A stretch of DNA of 64,000 bases, taken from contig NC_086385.1 of NCBI RefSeq assembly GCF_036588685.1, forward strand, positions 24,513,216 to 24,577,215. Reading direction: 5' to 3'. Source of the DNA: Mytilus trossulus (taxonomy: Eukaryota). How positions within the stretch are numbered: the first letter of the stretch is position 1; the number at the start of each line of letters is the position of its first letter. Below the pieces are notes generated by a model. It saw only the letters and a list, made by a program, of their open reading frames with translations, was not told where the DNA came from and made no database searches. The position numbers and the translations under genes are program-made. This document shows positions 52,395-64,000 of this stretch, one piece after another.

Positions 52395-53795
52395 AATTGA
52401 AATTCCAATGGGGACTGACTGTGCACCACTTTTTGCGGACCTGTTTTTGAATTGTTATGAGTTACAATTGATGACTAAAATCAGCAAAGACCCTTCGAAA
52501 CAACATTTGATACAAAACATTAACAATACTTTTGGATATTTGGATGATATATTGGCTCTCAATAATGACGACTTGAGTATGTATACTAAAAAATGTAATC
52601 CTGTTGAACTTACTTTAAATAAGGCTAATACTAGCAATGACCACTGCCCTTTCCTCGATCTTGATATCTATATCATTAAAGGGAAGCTTAGTACAAAACA
52701 AATTATGATAAAATAGATGATTTTTCATTTCCTATCGTTAATTATCCATTTTAGATGGTGACGTTTCCTTGTCACCATCTTATGGTGTTTATATATGTCA
52801 ACTTGTACGATTCGCTCGTGTATGTAACAACGTATTAGATTTAAGCGAGAGAAATTTATGTATTACTGAAAAATTATTACACCAGGGTTTTCGATATCAC
52901 AAACTACTCAAAACATTTACAAAATTTTAGATAATTCGTAAATATAACTCAACATGCAGACATCTTATACGTGCAGGTATTTCACATCCAATATTGTATG
53001 GTAATATTCTTTATACAGCACAAACATGTCAGTATTCACCTCAAAAGCTAACAAAACCTTTAAACAGACTTATTAAGAAGGGATATAGTTACGATACTGT
53101 TGTCAGGTCATTAAAGATTGCATATTTTGACTTTAATATTGATTCACTTATAGGGTCTTTGCATCGGAATTAAACACATTTATTCCAAAAACTAGTTGTT
53201 GGCATGATACTGGTTATGTTTCTCATATATTTCATGATGGTATAATACTAAACCCCTAACAGGAGGGATTGTGACTGATATTCATATTATGAAGACATAA
53301 TCTTTCAATCAGTTTAGGTCTGGAGCTGGCATGGGTGTAACTGCTAGTAGTCTGTTGTTATGTATGTATTATTGTATTTTTTTTTATTTTTTTTAATATT
53401 CTGACATCAGACTCGGACTTCTCTTAAACTGAGTTTTACTGTGCGTAGTAGTGCGTTTGTTTTTTCTACATTGGCTAGAGGTATAGAGGAAGGGTTGATA
53501 TCTCGAAAACATGTTTAACCCCGCCGCAATTTTGCGCCTGTCCCAAGTTAAGAGCCTCTTGCCTTTGTTAGTCTTGTATGATTTTTAATTTTAGTTTCTT
53601 TTGTATAATTCGTAGTTTAGTATGACGTTTCATTATCGCTGAACTAGTATACATATTTGTTTAGGGGCCAAGTGGAGGCCTCCGGGTGTGGAAGTTTCTC
53701 GCTACATAGAAGACCAATTGGTGGCCTTCGGCTGTTGTTTGCTCTATAGTCGGGTTGTTATCGCTTTAACACATTCTCCATTTCCTTTCTCAATT
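52395..53795 (+). mobile_element. Decayed Penelope-like retroelement (RT fragment plus downstream repeat)
   Basis: IPMGTDCAPLFADLFL, YLDDILALN, CPFLDLDI, then frameshifted DDFSFPIVNYPF and SPSYGVY.CQLVRFARVC. It interrupts an intron module that is continuous at ~59420-59640. Confidence 0.85.
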
Positions 53796-54308
53796 ATATC
53801 AGTTTTATAAAATTTATCACGAAGAGGTTATCCTTCATCTTTCAAAACATTGTACTCTGCTATAAGTTTTGTATTCAATTTCGACATTTTGTTATGTTGT
53901 AAAACTCTCCGAAGACCTGATTTTTTTTCAGATTTGATAACAGATCTTGACCATGCTATTTTTTAGAATATCTAATTTAAGTCCGACTAGAATATTGGTA
54001 CAATGTATCTATTGTATTATAGACATCTCTCAGTATGTGTACAATAGTACAACCAGTTTGCTTACAGATATGCTACACTTCCATTGGTCTTCTTTTCCCA
54101 AGGTAAATATGTTTGCATTGATGAATATGCGCAAATTTATGCATTAATATGTACTATTTTCAAGAATTCAATGATAAGGAATTTAAGTAAAATGATATTG
54201 GATAAATAAGATGGCTAAACTTAAAATGAAATGTTCTCAGTGATGATGTTACCCTGTATCTGCTAAATGTTACCCTGTATCTGCTAAAGACAAGATATTT
54301 CACGGAAG

Positions 54309-54380
54309 AAGATATGAAAACAATCGAATCACAACACTTGAAGTAAATCTCTTTCGAGGTTTGACGGCTCTCACAACATT
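54309..54380 (+). pseudogene. Full-length open 72-nt LRR cassette lacking a GT donor
   Basis: Translation RYENNRITTLEVNLFRGLTALTT(L). It is followed by ataaga instead of gtaag, and the acceptor context is weak (cacggaag). Confidence 0.8.
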
Positions 54381-54649
54381 ATAAGAGATTTGATTCTGAA
54401 AAAAAAATGCCTTTCTAAATTGCTGATTTCCTCCTTCAATGATTACATTTATTTGTACAACAATAAAATTACAAAACAATTCTTTCGAGATTTGACGGAT
54501 ACATGATTCTGCAAAAATAAATTTCCTTGATGTGTTGCTACAGATCGGTGCCGTCCTAACCTTGACAAAAGTTAACATGGAGCAGACTTGTTGACTGCTT
54601 TCTAAGTTAACTTTTTAAGCAGTCAAGCAAGTTAATTTCGTCGTTTTTG

Positions 54650-54940
54650 GACCAGACCTACGGTCTGCTTTTTTAGGGCTGCTGCAGACCTATCGACAGG
54701 TCTGCTCTAGACCAGACCTTTGGACAAGTCTGCTTTTAACCAGTCCTGAGGACAGGTCTGCCCCAGACCAGACCTGTAGACAGGTCTGCTTATGACCAGT
54801 CCTGAGCACAGGTCTGCCTCAGACCAGACCTATGGACAGGTCTGCTCCTGACCAGACCTGAGGACAGGTCTGCTTTTGACCAGACATGTGGACAAGTCTC
54901 CTATTGACCAGACCTGAGGACAGGTTTGCTTATGACAGAT
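54650..54940. repeat. Subterminal ~30-bp palindromic repeats (accagacctg..gacaggtctgc)
   Basis: About 9 copies lie inside the left end of the TIR element. An aagttaac cluster lies at the right end (58540-58860). Confidence 0.8.
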
Positions 54941-55829
54941 TATCGTTATAAGAGTTTTCTTATCAGACTTGAGCCTTAATTAAAATATTTAAACAACATT
55001 CGCATTGTTTTTCCACAGATATCATTTATTATTTACTCGCTAGACTCTACTAGATATTATACAAATTCTCTCTTTTATTTGATATACATGTATTCTTAAA
55101 CGAATAAAAAATGGCTATACAATCACATAGAGATTTTTTTTTTTTTTATTAGAAGGTGGATAGAAAGGTTATCCAACGCATCGGAACAATATTCTTATAT
55201 CACGGGATATCGACAACATTGTCTACGATGCTTCGTTCCCCGTTTCTTACCTGTCCCTTCCTAAATTTTCCTTTATGCATTAATTTATACATGCATGGTT
55301 ATTTCATTGTTATTCAACTTGTTTGCATTGGATTTACTATTCTATTTCACGCAGAATATTCTGACAGAAATTATACATTGTCCGTAAGCATACGGTGTTG
55401 TAATTAAAACTATCAACAATCTCGTCAAATTCGTCAGATTTATCGAGAGATTTGTCTTTGCCGATATATGGGACGTCCCAAAATTATACTCTATGCGCAC
55501 TTTAATGAAATAGTTGCCACTTGACGTTTAACTATAAACAAAATCAATCAACTGACATAAGAGAGAAGAGAACCTCGTATACATACTTTTTTTTATTAAA
55601 TCAGTGTAAATAGAACTCAGACATGTCAGTGTTGGTACTTTGATGATGTAGCATAATAGTTTTGTTTTACACACCAACATGAACTACTATACATTGTATA
55701 TGTAGTGACTGTTATTTTGAATAAAGAGATGAAATGCTGACACTCTCAATTTATGCGGATTTTTTTTTGCATTTATATAGTTTTCCAATATTATTGATTA
55801 CATGTACATTTATGGTCCTAGTAAAAACT

Positions 55830-58137
55830 CCGGATATTAAAAACATTGCTGATTAACTATGCAGGTATATAGATTTACAATTTAAAGTTCACATATTTTG
55901 TTCACACCGCCAGTTTTGGTTGATGCGGTCAAACAATTTTGTTGTTGTAAAGTCAGCATGAGGTATCAAAACTACTGACATTTTGTTACATATCAACATT
56001 TGAGTAAAAGGAGGACATGCTGTTATCCTAAATTTATGCGAACAAAAATGTGTTCTTATTATATTGCAATATTGCTGTCGATTGTAATTATACAATATAT
56101 CCCAACATTAAAAATTTGGCTGATTAACGATGCAGGTATATAGATTTACAAATTAAAGTTCACAGATGGTCAGTTTTGGTCAATGCGGTCAAATAATGGT
56201 GTTGTACAAGTAAGCTTTAGGTATGAAAACTACTGAAATTTTGTGACGTATCAGTATTTTGGGTAAAAAGAGGATATGCTGGCACACTAAATTAATGCGA
56301 ACAAAAATTTGTTCTTATTATATTGGAATATTGCTGTTCATTGTATTAGACATTGAATCCTGACATAAAAAATATGGCTGATTTACTATGCGGGTATATA
56401 GATTTACAAATTAAAGTGCACATATGGTCGGTTTTGGTCAATGCGGTCAAAAATATTTGATGTACAAGTCAGCATGAGGTATCAAAACTACTGAAATTTC
56501 GTTACGTATCAGTATTTTAAGTAAAAAGAGGACATGATGGCACCCTAAATTTATGCAAACAAAAAATTGTTCTTATAATATTGCAATATTGCTGTCCATT
56601 GTATTATACATTGAGTCCTGACATAAAAATATGGCTGATTTACTATCATGACTATGCATTATGCTATGCGGGTATATAGATTTACAAATTAAAGTGCACA
56701 TATGGTCAGTTTTGGTCAATGCGGTCAAATAAATTTGTTGTACAAGTAAGCTTGAAGTATGAAAACTACTGAAATTTTGTTACGTATCAGTATTTTGAGT
56801 TAAAAGAGGACATGCTGGCACCTTAAATTCATGCAAACAAAAATTTGTTCTTATTATATTGGAATATTGCTGTTCATTGAATTATACATTGAATTCTGAC
56901 ATAAAAAATATGGCTGATTTACTATGCGTGTATATAGATTTACAAATTAAAGTGCCTATATGGTCAGTTTTGGTCAATGCGGTCAAATAATTTTGATTTA
57001 CAAGTCAGCATGAGGTATCAAAACTACTGAAATTTTGTTACGTATCAGTATTTTGGGTAAAACGAGGACATGCTGGCACCCTAAATTTATGCAAACAAAA
57101 ATTTGTTCTTATTATATTGCAATATTGCTGTCCATTGTATTATACATTGAATCCTGAAATAAAAAAATATGGCTGATTTACTCTGCGGGTATATAGATTT
57201 AGAAATTAAAGTGCACATATTGTCAGTTTTGGTCAATGCTGTCAAATAATTTTGTTGTACGAGTCAGCATGAGGTATCAAAACTACTGAAATTTTGTTAC
57301 ATATCAGTATTATGAGTAAAAAGAGGACATGCTGGCACCCTGAATTCATGTAAACAAAAATTTGTTCTTATTATATTGGGATATTGCTGTCCATTGTATT
57401 ATAAATTGAATCCTGACATAAAAAATATGGCTGATTTGCTATGCGGGTATATAGATTTACAATTTAAAGTTCACATATGGTCATTTTTGTCAATGCGGTC
57501 AAATAATTTTGTTATACAAGTCAGCTTGAGGTATGAAAACTACTGAAGTTTTGTTACGTATCAATATTTTGAATAAAAAGAGGACTTGCTGGTATCCTAA
57601 ATTTATGGGAACAACAATTTGTTCTTATTATATTGTTATATTGCTGTCCATTGTATTATACATAGAAAACTGGCATAAAAAATATGGCTGATTTATTAAA
57701 GATGTATAAATTAAAGTGCACATATGGTCAGTTTTGGTCAATGCGGTCAAATAATTTTGTTGTACAAGTCAGCATGAGGTATGAAAACTACTGAAATTTT
57801 GTTACGTATCAGTATTGTGAGTAAAAATAGGACATGCATGCTGGCACTCTAAATTTATGTGAATAAAAATTTGTTCTTATTATATTGGACTATTGTTGTC
57901 CATTGTATTATACTTTGAATCCTGACTTAAAAAAAATATGGCTGATTTACTATGCGGGTACTATATAGATTTACAATTTAAAGTTCACATATGGTCAGTT
58001 TTGGTTGATGCGGTCAAATAATTTTGATGTACAAATCAGCTTGAGGTATCAAAACTACTGAAATTTTGTTACGTATCAATGTTTTGAAGAAAAGCCGGAC
58101 ATGCTGACACCCGAAATTTATGCAAACAAAAATTTGT
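55830..58137 (+). repeat. ~259-bp tandem repeat, ~9 units, internal to the TIR element
   Basis: gtatatagattt recurs near 55864, 56135, 56393, 56671, 56930, 57188 and 57446. Confidence 0.93.
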
Positions 58138-59302
58138 AGTCATGTGTTTAAATGAATTAAACTATTGCAGATTGTGACTGCATAGTTCAAGGATGTATTT
58201 CTAACAAGAACGTATACAACTAACATCAAATATACTTCTTTCCAAAGATATACATAATAAAGTGCAAATATGGATGAATTTGATAGGTAATGGAATATAT
58301 ATATTCAGTGCTTGTTATCATTGTAACCAAGATCGTTTTTATAATTGATAGATAGTCAGATCACAGATACATTTGTGTTACAAGCAACGTTTCATGCGTA
58401 CTTAATTTTCAAATAATTCATTTTGTATTTAATACTGTTTATAAAACGGAAGTATTCATTTTACTTTATTTTCGATGTTTACACTACGAAACAAAGATAT
58501 TAAAAATATTTTTAAAAAATCGTATAGAGCGGTCCTGGTTACAAGTTAACTTAGTGTTGAGCAGACCAGTCAAAGTTAATTTGGGAACAGGTCTGGTTTT
58601 GATCGGATTTTTTAAACAAAAGTTAACTTTGTGGCAGGACTGGTTTCGAAGTTAACTTTTGACAGTACTGGTTCGAAGTTAACTTATATCATTAGCGGAC
58701 CTGTTTGCAAGTTAACCTTTTGGCAGACATAAAAACAGTCCTAGGACCAAGTCCGCTTTTCAAGTTTACTAGATTTTGGTCCTAGGGCTGGCCAGAGCAG
58801 TCATAAGTTCTGTCACAGGTGAACTTTGACCAGTCCAAATGACTGGTTATCAAGTTAAGTTGTTGTACAGGTTAGGACTGCACCCATCTGTAATTTGCTT
58901 TCGCAATGATTTATTATTTCGTCTTAAAAACTCTTTGATATTTTCCTAATTATTTTTATAAATGTACGTCATTTTAATCTGGCATTACATGTAAAGTGTA
59001 CAATTTTCCAGAAATCGAAAATAAGAACGTTCAGATCAATATTAATGGCTGATGTGTATGAGCTTTTGAATGTGCCGTTTGATAAGGGACTTTCCGTTTT
59101 GAATTTTCCTAGGAGTTTGCTATTTTTGCTATTTTTGCTATCTTACTATTTATATTTATGTTAATAAATTGATTAGACTGCTTAATGTCATCTGAATTCG
59201 GACTTCCGTGTATTTTGCGCTATCTTAAGGTAATCAACTGGATCTCATGTTTTAAACATGTATCAACTAATATTCATATATTACGATTAAATTCTGCTTG
59301 TG

Positions 59303-59374
59303 GTACCTACACATCAATTGTATTACAACGCTGGACATAAATATATGTAAAGGTTTGACGGCTCTTACAAAACT
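59303..59374 (+). pseudogene. Full-length open 72-nt LRR cassette lacking an AG acceptor
   Basis: Translation YLHINCITTLDINICKGLTALTK(L). Donor gtgggt is present, but the acceptor position reads tg (cttgtg|g). Confidence 0.8.
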
Positions 59375-59939
59375 GTGGGTGACTTGATTCATTTAAAAAA
59401 AAAGGTAAAACAAGTTTTTTTGAAAGCAATATTTATAGTTAGTGTTTTTGTTATTTGTTTGCAATTTTCCTAAAGATGGTTAAATATCGTTTTAATTTAT
59501 TTACTATAGCGTTTAAAATATACCAGGTTCAATTGCAAGAAATAAGAAAAGGTCATTTAAAATTGATGTAATTGAATAGATAAGAGAGCTAAAGGTCATA
59601 TTATTATTGTCAATGAAGAGGTTACCCTGCATCTTTTAGAAAATACATACTATTGTATTGTGTGTTCAAATTCGTTATTTGGTTCATCAGTAAAAAAGTC
59701 TAAAGACCAGATTTTTTAGATGTTATAGCAGACCTAGAACATACTATGTTTAACATTAATCATTAAAGTCAGACGTAAGTCATGCTATTCATTTTAGTAA
59801 AAAAAACATTTGTCAGTATGTATGCAATATGTTACCAAGTTTTCAAACAGATATATTACACTTCAAGAGTAAATAAGTTTCCGTTGATGATTATGACATA
59901 ATTTATACAGAAATACGTTTCAAAAATATTATTTTGCAG

Positions 59940-59979
59940 GTACCTGAATAACAATCGAGTTACGACACTGGACATAAAT
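59940..59979 (+). pseudogene. 5' half of an LRR exon with intact acceptor
   Basis: ttttgcag|G TAC CTG AAT AAC AAT CGA GTT ACG ACA CTG GAC ATA AAT (YLNNNRVTTLDIN), after which similarity ends. Confidence 0.8.
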
Positions 59980-61000
59980 CATAAAACATGCATTTTGTTA
60001 AATCAAAAAACTGTGATTGAGAAGAGATGACATAATTTTTATTGAAATTGAAGGCAATTCTTGCAAAAAGCAGTCATCATAATCAATCTGGTGCTATAAA
60101 TAAGTACATCTTTTATTAGAAATCCACATTATCGGAACAGTAAAATCTTTACAATTTGGACTACTAAAATTTGACTTTCTTTTTTTTGTCCCAAAACTAA
60201 CTAATTGTTGAAGGTTGTATGGTTGCCTCTAAAGACAAGAGTAGTATACCGTTGTTCGAAATTCATAAATCGATTGAGGAAAAAACAAATCCAGGTTACT
60301 AACTAAAACTATATATATAACAATGTCCATTTTCCTGACTTGGTACAGGACATTTTAAGAAAAAATGGTGGGTTGAACCTGGTTTTGTGGCTAGCCAACC
60401 CTCTCGCTTTTACGGCCATGTTCAATATAACATTAAAATGACAATACCACATGACAGGACTACAATACAATTACATGGGAGAACATACAGGACAGAGAAA
60501 CACACAAACAATAGCTATCAGGTTTATAATTTAATACGCCGTTTCGTATACATAAGACTCATCAGTGATGCTCCGATGAAAAAAGTTCGAAAGCCAAAAC
60601 AAGTAAAAAGCCGAAGAGCACTGAGGACCAAAAGTACCACAAAGTTGTGCCAAATACTGCTAAGGTTATCTGCCTGGGATAAGAAAATCCTTAGTATTTA
60701 GAATAATTTATGCAATATGATGTCATACTTTTGCAAACAGTAAATTTATATAAAAAAAGACTATATAATAGATATACATGTTTAACACCGAAGTGGTGAC
60801 TAACTACAGAAAAAAAACGAATACGTAAAACAATCAGCAAATAAAAAAGGCACAGCCGAACATCGTATTATATGTTAGCCGAAGAGATCAACGCACAAAA
60901 GTGACGTCACATTTTCCAAAAAAAATGGATAGAGTTCAAGATTAAATTTGTAATACTGATATTGCATGTATTAATAACAATGAAAATTACAATACATATT

Positions 61001-61280
61001 ATTATCGCTATTTTGTGCCTTTTTCCTTTGGTCTTTTTTTGTGATAATTTTCATATCATGCTTCTCGCTAGATATGTAAAAATTATCACTAGAAACTAAG
61101 GAGACCACGTGGCGTTGCTAACGAAATTGACATTGAAATTGACAACGTCGTCATAGGTAAAACAGCGATAAACAGATTATCATTGGTCATCTCAACTCGA
61201 TTGCTTTTCTCACTTTCGCTGTTCCAGCTCAAGCGAGAAAAATCAATCTCGTTGAGATAATCAACGATAATCTATAAATA
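61001..61280. mobile_element. Short insertion ending in a long imperfect hairpin
   Basis: agattatcattggtcatctcaactcgattgcttttctc pairs with gagaaaaatcaatctcgttgagataatcaacgataatct. It is absent from the related repeat copy near 19150. Confidence 0.6.
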
Positions 61281-62364
61281 TAAAATAGTGGTAGTACTTA
61301 GATTATTTGTATTATCTAGCCGTGTCGGTATTTCTTCTGAATCAAACTGTAAACCAAATACATCCTTTAAATTTAATTGACCCAAACTAAAATCTTATAA
61401 TTGAACTGGGTGTTTAATAGAACATAAAAAAATAATAAGATTAACTACTACAAACGAGAAGACATTCGACAAAATCCGATGAGAATAACAAGTATAACAT
61501 CAAAACTAAATACATGAATTTTGGATAGAAACATACCGTGACACGTCTTATAGAAAGCTTACATCCACTTCATTTGAACTTTCGTGGATAGTTGTCTCAT
61601 TGGCATACCACACCTCCTTTTTTGCACATTATATGACCTTATCATTTGATACAGCCATCTGAATTATGAGTTTCTTCTAGTATGTCCTATTTCAGAGTCA
61701 TTAACAAGATATAATTCAAGACAGAATGTGTAGAAAGAAATATCAATCTATAATTCTGATTCTGATCAAGCGCAACAGTTATATTTGTTCCATTGTACAT
61801 TTGTAGCTTTAACATGGTACACACATTTTCTAAGTTGCGTTTATTTTATCCTGCATATGAAAGGCATACCATATTTATACCAATATTACTTTGTTAACAA
61901 CAATACTAAGGAAACCATTGAGCAAATTGTGACATAAGAGTCAAAGAAAGTATAGCTGCTAGCTATGGACCTGATTAAATGAGGTTATAAATTTAACACG
62001 TGATACGACCTTTCTGAAAGTCTTTCATCACCCTTGTATTGACCTATCTATTTTAAAATATGGTCCATTTGATATTTGTTTTTGCTAGCTTATCATAAAT
62101 GACACGGTCAAACAGTGTGAATACAAAATTGATTTTCATAGACTTTACAGCAAACCTTAAAGATGTCTTCGTCTTGTGTTAATTATTTGAGCCATTGATG
62201 AATAATAACTATTTATTATATTATGTAATCTTTCAGTACGAATACAATATACTAACCAGTGTTTAAAAAGATATACTGCACTTCCGTTGATCTATTAATG
62301 TATTTTTGTTTACATTGATGATGATGCTAGTTGCAATGCAGAAATGCGTTATGTTATTTTGAAG

Positions 62365-62389
62365 TTACCTACAGATCAATCAAATTAAA
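62365..62389 (+). pseudogene. 5' remnant of an LRR exon (YLQINQIK) fused to the post-exon intron motif
   Basis: ttttgaag|T TAC CTA CAG ATC AAT CAA ATT AAA, then ttccccatatgttgctgatttgct. Confidence 0.65.
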
Positions 62390-64000
62390 TTCCCCATATG
62401 TTGCTGATTTGCTATTCCATTATATCACCCTCTCCTTTATGTTTTTTCTTTAAATGTGAAACACCATTTTTTTTTGTAAAAGCATAAAGTCAGTATTTCA
62501 TCATTTCGAGAACTATTACCAATTTTCCCAAAGATGATTAAATATTGTTTTAAATTATTTGGCATAACTTCTAACGTGTATCATTGCATGGTTTTGTCTT
62601 ACTGTTATTGACGTCTTTACGTATATCCATAGGGTGGTGAATGTGTACTGATTGATTTTTAGTATTCGATTCATGATTTTTATTAGTAGTTATTGGCTTT
62701 GTACTAGCATTCAGTAACTGCGAGGTACTTTCATATCTGTACTGTGTGTCTTTTGTGTTTATTTGAAATACTTATGTGTGCTTTGTATCGATCATATGAG
62801 TTAAGCCCATATAAACTGAGTGTTATAGTTTGCTGTTATAGTGTCCTGCTAACCAGCTTTGGCGCAAGCAGACATGTTTAAACATGTTTAACCACTCCAT
62901 ATTCTGTTTCTGTATGTTCCAAGGCAGGAGCCTGTAATTCAGTGGTTGTTGATGTTTATCATTTTTGTTTTTCGTTTATTGTTTTGTTCACAAACAAGTT
63001 CGTTAGTTTACTCTTTTGAATTGTTTTTCATTCGTCATATTGGGGACTTTTATAACTTACTATACAGTATGGTTTTTGCTCATTGTAGAAGGCTGTATTG
63101 TGAGTATAGTTATTAACTTCCACATCATTTGATATCGAAAGGAGAGTTGTATCATTTGCAAGCATACCAAAAAAAAAAGTAGGTCGTTTAAATTAATGCA
63201 ATTGCATATATTAGTCAACTTAAGCTCATCTAAATATTGTCAATGGGGTAGTTGCCCTGTATCTGTATTATTGTTTACGAAACAATAGTTAGCTGGACCA
63301 GAAATGACAATTTTTTCATATAATTTAGACTCTTTCTAAAAAGGAGTGCACTTATCAATCCGGTTATCAACGTCTACGAAGAGCAATTCAGTTTTTCAGA
63401 CTAGCATAAACGCTGTACTTTGTTTTCAGTTGACTGTTTTATATTTTGCCCAAACACTAGAATAGATTTGTACGAAGAATTTAATGTCTAAAATTATTTC
63501 TAGTTTATCCTGGTGTATGTTTATTAATAAAATATATACGCAAAAGTTTTACAGTAGTGAATAATTTCGTTTTAATTTGAGTTGGTACCATTTGTAAGAC
63601 GTAAATAGTAAGAACAATAAGATGTGGTGAATTGATTTGATTATATAACTTAGGTGATATGAATTTGATCGATGTAGAGATTCTCTTATTTTTTTTAAAG
63701 ACAAGATAGTTAACTGGAGCAAAGATGACAAAAATGTCCTGATAAAATTGAGACTTATTCAAAAATTGGAACTTTAAGATCACCATACGGCCTTCAAAAA
63801 TTAGCAAAACCCATATCACATAACAAGCTATGAAAGGCCCCGACAATACGAACGTAAAACAATTCAAACGAGAGAACTAAGGCCTTTAAACAGAAAACGA
63901 AAAACAAGTATGATATATGTATATAGCAATAAATGACAACCTTTGAATAATGTTCTAACATTGGACTAAAAGGATTAAATTCTTGTCTAAGTCGTTAACA

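Larger units (their letters stand above)
54541..58890. mobile_element. 4.35-kb non-autonomous TIR transposon with TA TSD (Tc1/mariner-type target)
   Basis: ta|cagatcggtgccgtcctaacc ... ggttaggactgcacccatctg|ta. Removing it restores the host motif tgtgttgctaatttgctttcgcaatgat. No transposase ORF is present. Confidence 0.88.

Noticed and set aside
29665-54578. Minus-strand ORFs 29665..29853, 36861..37073 and 54300..54578
   Set aside because: They are antisense shadows of the + strand LRR exons.

Overview
AT-rich eukaryotic (metazoan) genomic DNA. The dispersed repeat families resemble those of bivalve molluscs such as Mytilus; this is an inference, not a database result. Nearly all short ORFs in the track are spurious. 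Main content: (1) an ~11.5-kb two-subunit (43/36 bp) satellite at 4980-16479 whose unit looks like an amplified 3' splice site and which runs into a probable terminal coding exon; (2) from 29.6 kb to the window end, the 5' part of a secreted or cell-surface leucine-rich-repeat gene on the + strand that the ORF track misses. It has a signal peptide/LRRNT exon followed by 72-nt, phase-2 'one LRR per exon' cassettes. Three cassettes are intact and about ten are dead or fragmentary, all embedded in repeated intron modules. Two recently duplicated cassettes differ only by non-synonymous changes while their flanks are ~97% identical. (3) A 5'-truncated but uninterrupted LINE RT ORF is inserted antisense between those two cassettes. 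There are also Penelope-like RT remnants, several TIR elements with identifiable TSDs, and minisatellites, one of which derives from an LRR exon.
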